From positions 193,268 to 257,267 of the forward strand of contig CAJUMY010000001.1 of assembly GCA_910587685.1 (NCBI GenBank): a stretch of DNA of 64,000 bases, given 5' to 3'. Numbering within the stretch: the stretch's first letter is position 1; each line of letters starts with the position of its first letter. The position numbers and the translations under genes were made by a program. The notes beneath the pieces are model-generated. The model did no database searches and had not been told where the DNA came from. It worked only from the letters and a program-made list of their open reading frames with translations. Shown here in pieces: positions 18,691 through 29,996 of this stretch. The DNA comes from an uncultured Christensenellaceae bacterium (GTDB taxonomy: Bacteria; Bacillota; Clostridia; Christensenellales; UBA3700).

Positions 18691-18766
18691 TGGTGGAAGT
18701 TATAGGGCTCGAACCTATGACCCTCTGCTTGTAAGGCAGATGCTCTCCCAGCTGAGCTAAACTTCC
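18691..18766 (-). tRNA. tRNA-Val (anticodon TAC)
   Basis: Cloverleaf GGAAGTT/AACTTCC, loop CTTACAA, encoded CCA, 76 nt. Confidence 0.93.
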
Positions 18767-18790
18767 ACATCATCTGTAGACGACTTATAT

Positions 18791-18819
18791 AATATATCAA
18801 ACGAAAAGAAAAAAATCAA
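18791..18819 (-). promoter_or_regulatory. Candidate SigA promoter of the tRNA operon
   Basis: The minus strand reads TTGATT, 17 nt, then TATATT, about 25 nt upstream of the tRNA-Val 5' end. Confidence 0.5.
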
Positions 18820-19001
18820 GAGTTTTTATCCACTTTTTTATGTTTTTGCTATATTTTTAACGTCATTACCGCTAATCATACCTTATCTTTCCCGTTTGTT
18901 GAGTCAAACGCTTCGCTTCCTCTCTTTTAATATATGCTATTCGCTCTCGATTGTTACACTCTATATTATTAATTCAAGTTTATATCGAAGTAATGTATAT
19001 A

Positions 19002-19667
19002 TTACTTCTTCTCTTCCATAAGCTTCTTATATTTCGGATGCGGAGCTTTACCCTCGCGATTCATCAATTCGTGGAAAACGTCGTACATATCAATACCTTT
19101 GTCTTCCATAAGAACCAAAGCGTGATACAGTAGATCCGAAAGTTCGCATATGAGTTCGTCATTCTTATTCGCTATAGCGGCGATAACGCTCTCGGTAGTT
19201 TCCTCGCCGAGTTTCTTGCATATCTTTTCCGCGCCCTTGCTCAAAAGATAGTTAGTATAACTTCCCTCGACGGGATTGAGCTTCCTATCGCGTATCGTAT
19301 TCGCAACGTCGAAAACTATCTTATAGTCGGGAGTAAAATCAAACTCTTTAAGTTCGCGATAAAAACAGCTTCTGTTGCCCGTATGGCAAGCGCCCGCGCC
19401 GTTCTGCTTCACAAGAAGCAATATCGAATCGGCGTCGCAATCGTAAAGTATCTTCTTGACCTCTTGCAGGCATCCCGAAGTCTCGCCCTTCTTCCAGAGT
19501 TTTTTGCGGCTTCTGCTATAGTACGTAGCGTAACCGCTCTCGATAGTCTTTTCGAGAGCCTCTTTATTCATAAACGCCTGCATTAGCACTTCGCCTGTAT
19601 AAACGTCTTGCGCTATTGCAACGATGAGTCCTTTTTCGTCAAACTTAAATTCGCTGATGTCCATCAT
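19002..19667 (-). CDS. hisIE: Bifunctional phosphoribosyl-AMP cyclohydrolase / phosphoribosyl-ATP pyrophosphatase
   Basis: HisI motif [17 protein letters not shown]...CDADSILL...CHTG, plus a C-terminal HisE helical domain. Confidence 0.92.
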   Translation of the reverse strand: MMDISEFKFDEKGLIVAIAQDVYTGEVLMQAFMNKEALEKTIESGYATYYSRSRKKLWKKGETSGCLQEVKKILYDCDADSILLLVKQNGAGACHTGNRSCFYRELKEFDFTPDYKIVFDVANTIRDRKLNPVEGSYTNYLLSKGAEKICKKLGEETTESVIAAIANKNDELICELSDLLYHALVLMEDKGIDMYDVFHELMNREGKAPHPKYKKLMEEKK

Positions 19668-20422
19668 AATCTTACAGAAACTCCTTTATTCAATAAATAT
19701 TTCTTAACTTCGTCTATCTCCAGTTCTCTAAAGTGGAAGAGCGACGCGGCAAGCGCGGCGTCGGCGCATCCGTCCGTTAAAGCCGTATAAAAATGTTCGA
19801 GATTGCCTGCTCCACCCGACGCTATAACGGGAATATTAACGCTCTTTGCGACAGTCTTCGTAAGCTCTATATCGTATCCCGCCTTTGTTCCGTCAGCGTC
19901 CATACTGGTGAGAAGTATCTCGCCCGCTCCGAGTTTCTCTGCCTCGACGGCCCACTCTACAGCGTCTCTTCCCGTGTCGATACGTCCTCCGTTAAGATAC
20001 ACGTTGAACGAACCTTTTTCGTTCCGCTTTGCGTCGATAGCGACGACTACGCATTGCGAACCGAATTTCATAGCCGCGTCACTAATAAGCCTCGGAGAAC
20101 GAAACGCGGATGAATTGACCGATACTTTATCCGCTCCCGAACCCAGTATCTTACGAAAATCGTCGAGCGTCCTTATACCGCCTCCGACTGTCAGAGGAAT
20201 AAAAACCTCTTCCGCCGCTCTCGATATGACGTTATACATCGTATCTCTTTGCTCGTGCGTCGCGGTAATATCGAGAAAAACTATCTCGTCCGCTCGCATG
20301 GCGTTATACGCCTTAGCGATCTCTACGGGATCGCCTGCGTCCACAAGTCCTACGAAATTGACGCCCTTCACTACGCGTCCGTTCTTAAGGTCGAGACACG
20401 GAATTATTCTTTTAGTCAGCAT
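19664..20422 (-). CDS. hisF: Imidazole glycerol phosphate synthase, cyclase subunit
   Basis: [16 protein letters not shown] and TVGGGIR motifs. Operon context. Confidence 0.95.
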   Translation of the reverse strand: MLTKRIIPCLDLKNGRVVKGVNFVGLVDAGDPVEIAKAYNAMRADEIVFLDITATHEQRDTMYNVISRAAEEVFIPLTVGGGIRTLDDFRKILGSGADKVSVNSSAFRSPRLISDAAMKFGSQCVVVAIDAKRNEKGSFNVYLNGGRIDTGRDAVEWAVEAEKLGAGEILLTSMDADGTKAGYDIELTKTVAKSVNIPVIASGGAGNLEHFYTALTDGCADAALAASLFHFRELEIDEVKKYLLNKGVSVRL

Positions 20423-21141
20423 TATATCTCCTTCGCGACCTTTATCGCCTCTTTGACGTCGAGATCGCCCGTATATATCGCTCTGCCGAGTATAGCTCCG
20501 TATATTCCTCTCTCTTTCAACTTGACTATATCGTCGATATTCTTAACGCCTCCCGACGCTATGATATTCATTCCGCTCAAGCGTTGCAACGTTTCCGTAG
20601 CGTCTACGTTAACGCCGCTGAGCGCGCCGTCTCTTGAAATATCGGTAAAAATAACGGTATTTACGCCCCTCTCTTTCATCTTAAGCGAAAGCTCCAAAGG
20701 AGTGATATCGACCTTTTCGACCCAACCTTTTATAGCGACGCGGTCATTGATAGCGTCTATTCCCGCGACTATCCTGTCTCCGTATTTCGCGCAGACTCTC
20801 TCCGTCATATCGGGGTCTTTGACAAGCGCGGTTCCTATGATAACGCGGCTGGCTCCTACTTCCTCGAGATAATAGCGGACCCTATCGTAACTCTTAATAC
20901 CGCCGCCTATCTCAACGGGAATACTTATATTTTTGACCAATTCGCAAAGCGTCTTATTGTTGATGAGAGAATCGTCGAACGCGCCGTTAAGATCGACGAG
21001 ATGAAGATACTCCGCGCCTTTCTCCTGCCACGCCAAAGCCCTCTCGAGAGGCGTTCCGTAATCGGTCACCTCGTTCCTTTTTCCGTAAAGAAGCCTTACC
21101 GCTCTGTTGTCAAGCACGTCGACCGCGGGAAATAACAGCAT
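20422..21141 (-). CDS. hisA: ProFAR isomerase
   Basis: [23 protein letters not shown] and ASGGV motifs. Confidence 0.93.
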   Translation of the reverse strand: MLLFPAVDVLDNRAVRLLYGKRNEVTDYGTPLERALAWQEKGAEYLHLVDLNGAFDDSLINNKTLCELVKNISIPVEIGGGIKSYDRVRYYLEEVGASRVIIGTALVKDPDMTERVCAKYGDRIVAGIDAINDRVAIKGWVEKVDITPLELSLKMKERGVNTVIFTDISRDGALSGVNVDATETLQRLSGMNIIASGGVKNIDDIVKLKERGIYGAILGRAIYTGDLDVKEAIKVAKEI

Positions 21142-21737
21142 TATTCGAGTCCTCCGAAATTCTTAAGTATTCTAAGTCCGCTCTCGCCGCTCTTTTCGGG
21201 GTGAAACTGCGTAGCGTGTATATTGCCGTATTCGACGGCGGACGTAAATTCTATTCCGTACTCCGTGCGGGCAAGTATATCTTTATTCTCCGCATTGACG
21301 TAATAGCTGTGCACGAAGTAAAAATTCCTGTCGTCTATACCGCGAAACAGAGCGCTTTCCTTTGTCAAAACAGCCTCGTTCCAACCGATATGCGGAACTT
21401 TGAGATCTATATCGAACTTAGTTACGTCGCCCTTCATAAAGCCCAATCCTTCGTATTCTCCGTCTTCGTAACTTTTTTCGAAAAACATCTGCATACCGAG
21501 GCATATCCCTAAGATATGCTTGCCCGATTTCACAAATTCCTCTATCTTTTCACGAAGTCCCGAAGCGTTGAGCGAAGCCATCGCGTCGGAAAACGCGCCC
21601 ACTCCCGGAAGTATGATATGCGAACACCTGTCAAAGTCTTTTTTGTCGCTCACTATTATCGAATCGAGCGAAAGATATTTAAGCGCGTTCGTCACGCTCT
21701 TAAGATTTCCCGCGCCGTAATCAATAACTCCTACCAT
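21141..21737 (-). CDS. hisH: Imidazole glycerol phosphate synthase, glutaminase subunit
   Basis: Class I amidotransferase GICLGMQ and HSY...FHPEKS. Confidence 0.95.
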   Translation of the reverse strand: MVGVIDYGAGNLKSVTNALKYLSLDSIIVSDKKDFDRCSHIILPGVGAFSDAMASLNASGLREKIEEFVKSGKHILGICLGMQMFFEKSYEDGEYEGLGFMKGDVTKFDIDLKVPHIGWNEAVLTKESALFRGIDDRNFYFVHSYYVNAENKDILARTEYGIEFTSAVEYGNIHATQFHPEKSGESGLRILKNFGGLE

Positions 21738-22318
21738 TATTCGAGCACTCCTTTCGACGAAGGTATCTTATCGGAAACTATCTCGACGGCGCTCCTTAAC
21801 GCTCTTGCGAACGCCTTGAATATCGCTTCCGCTTTATGATGATTATTGCCGCCGTATAGCAAATTAACGTGGAGCGTTATTCCTGCGTTGACCGCTACCG
21901 CTCTCATGAACTCTTCGACGAGTTCGCTGTCGAAATCTCCTATCTTTCCGTCGAAATCGGCGTTAAACACTATATACGCTCTGCCCGAAATATCGAGAGC
22001 AACGTTGGCGAGAGCCTCGTCCATAGGTATGCTGACGCTCGCGTAACGTCTTATTCCTCTCTTGTCGCTAAGAGCCTGTCTCAATGCGTTACCGAGACAT
22101 ATTCCTATATCCTCGACGGAATGATGACCGTCGACTTTTATATCTCCGTTACACTTGACGTTCATGTCGAAAGCGCCGTGAACGGCAAAAAGTTCGAGCA
22201 TATGGTCAAAAAAGCCAATTCCCGTATCTATAACTTCGAAACTGCCGTCTCCGTCGAGATTGATATCCAAAGATATATCCGTCTCTTTAGTCGTCCTTTT
22301 GATTTCAGCCTTTCTCAT
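21737..22318 (-). CDS. hisB: Imidazoleglycerol-phosphate dehydratase
   Basis: RTTKETDI, GIGFFDHML and HHKAEAIFKAFARAL motifs. Confidence 0.95.
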   Translation of the reverse strand: MRKAEIKRTTKETDISLDINLDGDGSFEVIDTGIGFFDHMLELFAVHGAFDMNVKCNGDIKVDGHHSVEDIGICLGNALRQALSDKRGIRRYASVSIPMDEALANVALDISGRAYIVFNADFDGKIGDFDSELVEEFMRAVAVNAGITLHVNLLYGGNNHHKAEAIFKAFARALRSAVEIVSDKIPSSKGVLE

Positions 22319-23591
22319 AATTTAACCTCTCGTATATCGTATTTGCATGCGCGGTCAACCCCTCGCACTCGGCTATCGCCGTTATATCTAAAGCTCCTTC
22401 GAAAAGATCCTCTTTGGAATATTCGATATAGCTTATCTTCTTCATAAAAGTATCGACGGAAAGCACCGAGAAATATCTTGCGCTTCCGCTCGTCGGCAAA
22501 CAGTGCGACGGTCCGGCAAAGTAATCTCCGAGCGGTTCGGGAGAATAATTCCCGACGAATACCGCGCCTGCGTTACGTATACGTTTAGCAACTTCGGCGG
22601 CATTCTCAACGCATAACTCGAGATGCTCGGGAGCTATTCTGTCGGCTATCTCTATGCACTCGCTCATATCCTTCGCAATTATTATCGCGCCGTTATTCTT
22701 GAGCGAAGCGTCGATTATGCCCTTTCTCGACATAGTTTTCCGCTGTCTTTCTATCTCGATAGCGGTCTCTTCCGCGAGCTTTCTCGACGGCGTTACGAGT
22801 ATGCTTGCGGCAAGCTCGTCGTGCTCCGCCTGCGATAGCATATCCGCGGCAACAAAGCGCGCGTTAGCGCTATCGTCTGCTATGACGAGTATCTCGGAAG
22901 GTCCGGCTATCATATCTATACCGACGAATCCGTAGACCTGTTTCTTTGCCTCAGTCACGTAAACGTTGCCGGGACCGGCTATGATATCTACCTTCCCGAC
23001 GCTCTTTGTTCCGAATGCGAGAGCGGCTATAGCGTGAGCTCCGCCGACCTTGTATATCTTATCTATTCCGCACTCCGCGGCGGCAACGAGCGTCAGCGGA
23101 TTCTTCGGATTGGGCGTCGCTAAGGATATTTCCTTAACGCCCGCCGCTTTGGCAGGCAGCGAACACATAAGTATACTTGACGGATAGCTCGCCTTTCCGC
23201 CCGGTATATAAAGTCCCGCTTTGTCCATGGCTCTATACATCCAACCGAGTTTCGACGACGACTTGACGTCGTATATCTCGCTCGAAAATCTGTCTATCTG
23301 TCTCTTATGATAATCGAGAACGTTCTCGATCGAGCGTCGCAGCGATGAAAGCAGCTCCGGACTCACCGCTTTGTAAGCGTCTTTTATCTCTCTATCGCTC
23401 ACGGCTATTCCCGACTTTTGAACGTCGATGCCGTCGAATTTCAAAGCGTATTCGAAAAGACTTTCATCTCCGTTTTCTCTGACGTTCTTTATGATTTCCG
23501 AAACGCTCTCGCGAACGGAAACGTTCGTAAGCTGCGATCGCGTAAATACTTTGTCCGTATTGTCCTTCCCGTACTCAAATATATCTATCAT
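22305..23591 (-). CDS. hisD: Histidinol dehydrogenase
   Basis: Motifs GGAHAIAALAFGT, IAGPSE, QAEHD. Start set at MIDIFEY (ATG 23591), just after the hisG stop. The longer ORF overlaps hisG. Confidence 0.9.
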   Translation of the reverse strand: MIDIFEYGKDNTDKVFTRSQLTNVSVRESVSEIIKNVRENGDESLFEYALKFDGIDVQKSGIAVSDREIKDAYKAVSPELLSSLRRSIENVLDYHKRQIDRFSSEIYDVKSSSKLGWMYRAMDKAGLYIPGGKASYPSSILMCSLPAKAAGVKEISLATPNPKNPLTLVAAAECGIDKIYKVGGAHAIAALAFGTKSVGKVDIIAGPGNVYVTEAKKQVYGFVGIDMIAGPSEILVIADDSANARFVAADMLSQAEHDELAASILVTPSRKLAEETAIEIERQRKTMSRKGIIDASLKNNGAIIIAKDMSECIEIADRIAPEHLELCVENAAEVAKRIRNAGAVFVGNYSPEPLGDYFAGPSHCLPTSGSARYFSVLSVDTFMKKISYIEYSKEDLFEGALDITAIAECEGLTAHANTIYERLNYEKG

Positions 23592-23602
23592 AACGTTATA
23601 GA

Positions 23603-24241
23603 TCAACCTTCCTTGATTATTTCCGACATTCTCTTGACAAGAGGCTTTATCGTCTCCGCCTTCGTCTTGAGACTGACTTTGTTGACGACGAGCCTTGCCG
23701 AGATCTTGCATATCTCTTCAAGCACCGTCAAATCGTTCTCCTCGAGAGTCTTTCCGCTCTCAACTATATCCAAAATGACGTCGCTGAGTTTGATTATAGG
23801 TCCGAGCTCTATGGAACCGTGAAGCGGAATTATCTCCACGTTCTGCCCCTTTTGCTCGAAATATTTTCGCGCTACGTTGACATACTTCGTCGCGACCTTG
23901 AGATCCGACGTCTTTCTTCTCGTCTCGTGATCGGCGTATCCCGCGATACAAAGTCTGCACTTCGCCATATTGAGATCGAGTAATTCGTATATATTCCTAT
24001 CCTCTTCGAGAATCGTATCCTTTCCTACGACGCCGATATCCGCGACTCCGTATTCGACGTAAGTGGGAACGTCCGACGGCTTCACGAATATGAATCTATA
24101 TTCGCCGCTCTCGTCAAAAAACACGAGTTTCCTAGACGGCTCTAATATATGCTTGCACTTAACGCCGCATTTCTCGAGCAATTCCACCGATTTTTCCGCA
24201 AGCCTGCCTTTAGCAAGAGCGACGGTTATCGCATTTTCCAT
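23603..24241 (-). CDS. hisG: ATP phosphoribosyltransferase, short form
   Basis: 212 aa, LALAKGRL-type N-terminus, ESGKTLEEN motif, no C-terminal regulatory domain. Confidence 0.92.
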   Translation of the reverse strand: MENAITVALAKGRLAEKSVELLEKCGVKCKHILEPSRKLVFFDESGEYRFIFVKPSDVPTYVEYGVADIGVVGKDTILEEDRNIYELLDLNMAKCRLCIAGYADHETRRKTSDLKVATKYVNVARKYFEQKGQNVEIIPLHGSIELGPIIKLSDVILDIVESGKTLEENDLTVLEEICKISARLVVNKVSLKTKAETIKPLVKRMSEIIKEG

Positions 24242-24243
24242 TA

Positions 24244-25500
24244 TCAGAACTCCTCCTCTTCGCCGTTTTCTCTTATTATCACGTCTCTGTCCAAATTATT
24301 GAGACGAACTTTAACGTCCTTTGCTCCGCCTTCGACGAATACCATTCGCTTCGCGTTACGATCCGACCTATATTTTGAAAGCTCTTCAACGCTCGAAGCG
24401 TAAGAATTATCTACGCTGAAACCTCTCTTTCTTAGCTCTTTCATAACGCCGTACGCAGTCCTGTACGCGTCGTCGCTATACCCGACAACATAGTCTATAG
24501 TAGGCATAGAGTTTATATCGCTTGACTTTTCTATAGCTCTCATCAAATGGTCGACGCCTATGGCAAAGCCTATAGCCGGTTTATTCTTATCAAAAGAAGA
24601 GCAGAGCGAATCGTACCTTCCGCCAGAGAGTATCGCCTCTCCGAAATATCTCGTTATACCTTTGAATACCACTCCGGTATAGTAGCTCACGCCGTTGACG
24701 AGACTCAAATCGAAAGTGATATAATCTTTATACCCGCACTCCTCGATGACGTCGTATATCTTCTTGAGCTCCTCTATCGCGCGGCGGCTCGTCTCGTTGC
24801 TTGCAAGCTCCATCGCTTCGTCGAGCACTTCCACTCCGCCGAATAAGCTCGGCAGACGGAGAAGAGCCTCTAACTTCTCGTCGCAAACGCCTACTCTCTT
24901 TGCAAATATATCCACTCCCAACATATCCTTTCTGTCGATAAGCTCAATGAGCGAATTTTCATCGTCCTTTGAAAGTTTTAGTTCGTCGAGAAGCCCTCTG
25001 AAAAAAGCGACCTGTCCTACGTCCAACTGGAATTCGCTAAGTCCCGACGACAGGAGCGACTCTATCGCAAGCAATATCATATCGCTGTCGAGAGCGACGG
25101 ACGAAGGCGCGATGAGCTCAACGCCGCACTGCGTGAACTCCCTAAGCCTGTTCGCTTCCTTCTTCATCGAAAACGAATTGGCAAGATAACAATATTTGAC
25201 GACGCCGCTCTCTTCGAGCTTCGTAGATACTATCCTTGAGATAGGCATAGTCATATCGGGACGCAGTATCAACAGTCCGCCGTCGACGTCCGTCATTTTG
25301 AAGAGATTTTTTGCGGATATTTCTCCGACGCCTTCCGAAAACATATCGTAATATTCGAAATGCGGAGTCTCTACCTTTCTGTATCCGTGAGAAAAGAACG
25401 TCGCCATTATCTTATTTTCGACGGAATTCTTTTTATAACACTCTTCTGGCAGATAGTCCTTCGTACCCATGGGTAATTTATATTTTGCTTTCATTTTCAC
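24244..25500 (-). CDS. hisZ: ATP phosphoribosyltransferase regulatory subunit (HisRS paralog)
   Basis: HisRS-like core (REFTQCGVELI, GGRYD) without the FRYERPQ motif-2 signature. First gene of the his operon, next to the short hisG. Confidence 0.8.
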   Translation of the reverse strand: MKMKAKYKLPMGTKDYLPEECYKKNSVENKIMATFFSHGYRKVETPHFEYYDMFSEGVGEISAKNLFKMTDVDGGLLILRPDMTMPISRIVSTKLEESGVVKYCYLANSFSMKKEANRLREFTQCGVELIAPSSVALDSDMILLAIESLLSSGLSEFQLDVGQVAFFRGLLDELKLSKDDENSLIELIDRKDMLGVDIFAKRVGVCDEKLEALLRLPSLFGGVEVLDEAMELASNETSRRAIEELKKIYDVIEECGYKDYITFDLSLVNGVSYYTGVVFKGITRYFGEAILSGGRYDSLCSSFDKNKPAIGFAIGVDHLMRAIEKSSDINSMPTIDYVVGYSDDAYRTAYGVMKELRKRGFSVDNSYASSVEELSKYRSDRNAKRMVFVEGGAKDVKVRLNNLDRDVIIRENGEEEEF

Positions 25501-25680
25501 GTCTCCGTTTACGAGCAGGATTTAACTTATATTAAATTATATATTATATAGAGAAGTTTGTCCAGTTATTTGATCTGCTTCGCGTCGCTTTTTTAACGAA
25601 GTCCTCTTTTCATTCGTTAGACTCGGTAAAACTACTGCTTATACTAAACTCTATAAAATAATACTATAAGCTCGCTTTGA

Positions 25681-27690
25681 TCAATTAGCCGTGATATTGA
25701 CGAGTTCGCCGGCTATACGCGATATACGCTCTCCCGTCAACTCGCTCCTTTCGTATGTCTCGATCATACTCTCTACCACAGCCTTGCTCAAAGCTATGAC
25801 TTTTTTATTGATTATAAATGTATATTTGCTTCCGCCGCTTTGATTAACTCCGAGATAATCGCCGCAGCCGCGTTTATCCAAATCGTATTCCGCTATCTCG
25901 AATCCGTCCGAAGAATTCTTGAGAACGCCGAGTCTCTCCGTCGGAGCGTCGCCGGCAACGTGAAGAAAACACTCCGCTTCCGACCCGTCGCGGCCTATTC
26001 TGCCGCGAAGCTGATGCAACGTCGCTAGCCCGAAACGGTTAGCGTTCATAATTATCATTTCGGTAGCGTTCTTGACGTCTATTCCGACCTCTATCACCGT
26101 AGTCGCGACAAGAACGTCGATATCCCCGCGCGCAAAGGCGTCCATGGTTCTCGATTTCTCTTCCTCTTTCATCTTGCCGTATACAAGTCCGACCCTTAAG
26201 TCGCTGTAAACGCTATCTCTTAAGTAGGTATAGAGTTCCTTCGCGGAATATATTTCATTGCCTTCGTCGTCCTCGACAAGAGGACATACTATATACGCCT
26301 GTCTTCCGTCTCTTACGCATTTTGCGATATGCGAGTACATTCCGTTCGTCTTATCGTCTCTGACTATATAGGTCTTCACGTTACTCGACGAGTGTCTTTT
26401 TTCGAGTTTCGACACGTCGAGATCCCCGTAATACATGAGCGCTACCGACCTCGGAATAGGCGTCGCCGACATAACGAGCGAATCCGTCTCATTCATTTTA
26501 TCTTCGAGTTTGCCCTTCTGCTTTACTCCGAACTTATGCAGTTCGTCTATAACGACGTAGCCTAAATTGCAGAACGTTACCTCTTCCGAAAGAAGAGAAT
26601 GAGTTCCTATAAGAATATCAATTTTTCCATTATTGACTTTTGTAATAATTTCTTCGCGTTCTTTTTTCGTCATCGACGCGTTAAGAAGAGCGACTTTGAC
26701 CCCGAGAGGAGCAAGAATTTTCATTGCGCTAGCGTAATGCTGTCTTGAAAGTATCTCCGTCGGCGCCATCATAGAGCATTGATATCCGTTCATTACGGCG
26801 TAATACATGGTAACGAACGCGACAATAGTCTTGCCCGTTCCGACGTCGCCGAGAAGTATTCTGTTCATATGCCTAGCGCTCTTCATATCGCATATAATAT
26901 CGTCTATCGCCTTTCTCTGCGTAGGCGACAGCTCGAACGGAAGCGTAGAGACAACGTTTTCCGTAACCGAGCCGTCCTCTATGAACTTATTACGTTTATC
27001 GCAGGAAGTTAGCTCCCTTGCAAGTTTGAACGCCAATATCCTCTCGACGCAATTATTGACGGCAAGCCTGTCCTCTGCGATTATAGCGTCTTTTAGCGTA
27101 TCGGGGGCGTGTATCTTCCTATATACTTCCGAAAAAGGCATGAGCGAAAATTTCCTTTCCGTCTCCCTCTTGACTATACATTCGACGGTAACGTTTTCCG
27201 CCGCGTTTTTTACTATACCTCTAAATACGGACTGAGAAATAAGTCCCTTCGTCCTGTATATCGGCATTATCCCCTTCAATTTACGAGCCTCGCTCTCAAG
27301 CTCGAAATTAGGATTGATCATCTCGAATATACCTTTATCCGTCCTTGACAATTTGCCCCACATGGCGTATACTTCGCCGTTTTCAAGCCGAGCTCTCATA
27401 TATGGTTGATTGAACCACACCAGCTCTATTCGGACGCTATCTTCGATAGAACCTTCAGCTTTGAAGAATTTTAGATTCCTTTTCGCTATCCTTAAACTGC
27501 CGACTCTGTTCACGCGTATTCGCAAAAACGCATACTTTCCTTCTTCTATATCCGTAACGCCGTCGTATTTGGTAAAGTCTATATAATGGCTCGGCAAGTA
27601 ATCTATGAGATCCTGCGCGCTCAAAACGCCGAGTTCTCCGAGCTTTTCGAGAGTCTTCGCGCCCACTCCTTTTATATCGGTAAGTTCCAT
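25681..27690 (-). CDS. recG: ATP-dependent DNA helicase RecG
   Basis: Wedge/OB N-terminus, GDVGTGKT, DELH, QLRGRIGR. Start set at MELTDIKG behind GAAGGAGG. Confidence 0.93.
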   Translation of the reverse strand: MELTDIKGVGAKTLEKLGELGVLSAQDLIDYLPSHYIDFTKYDGVTDIEEGKYAFLRIRVNRVGSLRIAKRNLKFFKAEGSIEDSVRIELVWFNQPYMRARLENGEVYAMWGKLSRTDKGIFEMINPNFELESEARKLKGIMPIYRTKGLISQSVFRGIVKNAAENVTVECIVKRETERKFSLMPFSEVYRKIHAPDTLKDAIIAEDRLAVNNCVERILAFKLARELTSCDKRNKFIEDGSVTENVVSTLPFELSPTQRKAIDDIICDMKSARHMNRILLGDVGTGKTIVAFVTMYYAVMNGYQCSMMAPTEILSRQHYASAMKILAPLGVKVALLNASMTKKEREEIITKVNNGKIDILIGTHSLLSEEVTFCNLGYVVIDELHKFGVKQKGKLEDKMNETDSLVMSATPIPRSVALMYYGDLDVSKLEKRHSSSNVKTYIVRDDKTNGMYSHIAKCVRDGRQAYIVCPLVEDDEGNEIYSAKELYTYLRDSVYSDLRVGLVYGKMKEEEKSRTMDAFARGDIDVLVATTVIEVGIDVKNATEMIIMNANRFGLATLHQLRGRIGRDGSEAECFLHVAGDAPTERLGVLKNSSDGFEIAEYDLDKRGCGDYLGVNQSGGSKYTFIINKKVIALSKAVVESMIETYERSELTGERISRIAGELVNITAN

Positions 27691-27782
27691 TATCGCCCCT
27701 CCTTCTTCGGCGTATATCGGCATATATATGACCGTTTCGGTTCGCCGATCATCCGCATAGGTACGCTACAAATATACGTTTA

Positions 27783-27809
27783 TAAAAAAAGAGCAACTTT
27801 CGTTGCTCT
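27783..27809 (-). terminator. Intrinsic terminator after the DAK2-domain gene
   Basis: The minus strand reads AGAGCAAC-GAAA-GTTGCTCT followed by TTTTTTTAT. Confidence 0.75.
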
Positions 27810-27827
27810 TTACGTCAGTCTCTTCCG

Positions 27828-29462
27828 TTACTCTACGGAAATCATATAATAATAATGAGGCTGTCCGCCGTAATAGGCAACTATCTCGAAGTCAGGATAT
27901 TTTTCCTCGAGATGTCGCGTGAGTTCGTTCGCCTCTTCTTCGCCGACGCCGTTACCGTAATACAGCGTTATTATTTCGCTCGCGTCGTCGATAAGTTTTC
28001 CTATAACGCCTTCGGCAACGTCGGTGACCGCCTTTCCTTTGGCTATGACGTGCTTGTCGTTAAGACCTATTATATCGCCCTCTTTAAGAGCGAAGCCGTC
28101 GATCTTCGTCGTTCTTACGGCGTATGTAACCTGACCGTATTTTACGGTGGAAAGAGCTTCCGACATAGCCTCTACGTTATCTTCCGCAGAAACGTCGGTA
28201 TCGAAAGCGATAGCCGCGGCTATACCCTGCGGCACGTTGACGGTCGGTACAACAAAACACTTTTTATCGGTGAGCTCTTTCGCCTGCTCTGCGGCAAGAA
28301 TAATGTTCTTATTATTTGGAAGTATAATAATATTATCTGAATTGATCTTATTAACCGCGGTAAGAATATCGTCTACGCTCGGGTTCATCGTCTGTCCGCC
28401 TTCGATTATCTCGTCGACCATAAGATCTTCGAAAATATTCTTCATTCCGTCGCCTGCGCATATGGACAGCATCGCGAGAGGCTTCTTCTCCTCTTCCTTC
28501 TTCTTCATGAGCTGTCTGTTCTGCTCAAGCATATTTTCTATCTTTATCTTGTCTATTTCTCCGAGTTGCAGGGCGTACATCAAGGCTTTATTCGGCTGAT
28601 TGGTGTGAACGTGTACCTTAACAAGCGTGAGATCGCCTATAACTATAACGCAATCGCCGATAGCCATAAGTTTATCCCTCAGCTTTTCTATGTCCTCTTC
28701 CGTAGCCTGCTTTTTAATATTAATGATAAAATACTCTGTACAATACGCGTACTTGATGTTGTCAAGATCGTGTATTTCGCCTGAAAAAGTATTCTCCTGC
28801 GCATGATCGGAGCCTACTTCGCCGCTATGTTCGGGCGCGTCGGGTATCTCTTCGCCCTTGAGTATCATAAGATAACCGTAAAAAACACAGAGAAGTCCCC
28901 GCCCGCCGGCATCTACGACTCCCGCCTTCTTGAGAACGGGAAGCATATCCGGAGTCTTTGCAAGGATCTCCTCTCCTTTCTTTATAAGAGCGTCGAAAAA
29001 TTCTATAAAACTCGCATATCTCGTTGCGAGGAGATTGGAACTCTCCGACATATATCTGATAACGGTAAGAATAGTGCCTTCTTTAGGCTTTGTTACCGCA
29101 TTATAGGCGATCTCGGTCGCCGAATTCATCGCTTTTGCAAAAACTTTGGTATTGAGCGCTTTAGCGTCGACTATTACTTTGCTCAGTCCTTTGATTATCT
29201 GAGATAAAATAACGCCCGAATTGCCTCTCGCGCCTTTAAGAGCGCCCCTTGCGTAGGCGTTCATTATATCGTCTATATCGTTACTTGCAACGTTCTCGAC
29301 TTCCCTTACCGCCGACGCCATAGTGAGCGACATATTAGTTCCCGTATCGCCGTCAGGCACAGGAAAAACGTTAAGCGAATCGACCATTGCTTTATTATTT
29401 TCGAGATTCTTGGCTCCGCCGACGATCATCTCGCGCAGCTTTGCTCCGTCTATTACCTTCAT
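27828..29462 (-). CDS. DAK2 domain fusion protein (YloV family)
   Basis: N-terminal Dak2 motif VFPVPDGDTGTNM. Conserved asp23/yloV/recG neighbourhood. Confidence 0.88.
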   Translation of the reverse strand: MKVIDGAKLREMIVGGAKNLENNKAMVDSLNVFPVPDGDTGTNMSLTMASAVREVENVASNDIDDIMNAYARGALKGARGNSGVILSQIIKGLSKVIVDAKALNTKVFAKAMNSATEIAYNAVTKPKEGTILTVIRYMSESSNLLATRYASFIEFFDALIKKGEEILAKTPDMLPVLKKAGVVDAGGRGLLCVFYGYLMILKGEEIPDAPEHSGEVGSDHAQENTFSGEIHDLDNIKYAYCTEYFIINIKKQATEEDIEKLRDKLMAIGDCVIVIGDLTLVKVHVHTNQPNKALMYALQLGEIDKIKIENMLEQNRQLMKKKEEEKKPLAMLSICAGDGMKNIFEDLMVDEIIEGGQTMNPSVDDILTAVNKINSDNIIILPNNKNIILAAEQAKELTDKKCFVVPTVNVPQGIAAAIAFDTDVSAEDNVEAMSEALSTVKYGQVTYAVRTTKIDGFALKEGDIIGLNDKHVIAKGKAVTDVAEGVIGKLIDDASEIITLYYGNGVGEEEANELTRHLEEKYPDFEIVAYYGGQPHYYYMISVE

Positions 29463-29474
29463 ATTACTCCTATC

Positions 29475-29825
29475 TTATACCTTAACGCCTACGATATTAA
29501 CTCTCACGTTGTTAACTCGCATGCCCGAGAACGTCTCAACATTGTACCTGACAGTACTAGCCATTGACTCTTTAACGGCATTGATGGACACCCCGTCTCT
29601 AAGGATCGCGTAAATATCTATGTTGATCTTGTTATCGACAGACTCGACCTTAACGCCCTTAGCGTAAGAGGTCTTATTAAACAGCTCGATAAGAGAGTCT
29701 GTAAGTCTCCTAGAAACGAGCTCGACCACACCGTAACATTCCATAGCGGCATTGCTAGCCACCATAGCTATAGCGAAATCGGATATATTGATCTTTCCGT
29801 AAATGTTAGATGTCTTTACTGCCAT
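29475..29825 (-). CDS. Asp23/Gls24 family protein (YloU-like)
   Basis: About 116 aa with an AMVASNAAMECYGVV motif, paired with yloV. Confidence 0.85.
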   Translation of the reverse strand: MAVKTSNIYGKINISDFAIAMVASNAAMECYGVVELVSRRLTDSLIELFNKTSYAKGVKVESVDNKINIDIYAILRDGVSINAVKESMASTVRYNVETFSGMRVNNVRVNIVGVKV

Positions 29826-29996
29826 AACTTTTCCTACCTTATTTTTCGTTATTAATTTTACACGATATTATTATTTTAGGCAAGTCTTTTTCGAATATTA
29901 CCGAAAATACTTAAAAAAATACGTTATTTTGCTTGCGTAATACAAGCAAAAGTGATAGAATACAGTAGATTTATATGCCAGCAGGAGGTGCAAAGT

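Noticed and set aside
25501-25680. T-box or other leader riboswitch upstream of hisZ.
   Set aside because: Only about 180 nt are available, with no T-box consensus (AGGGTGGTACCGCG-like) or specifier-loop architecture visible. Only a plausible TGGACA-17-TATAAT promoter is present.
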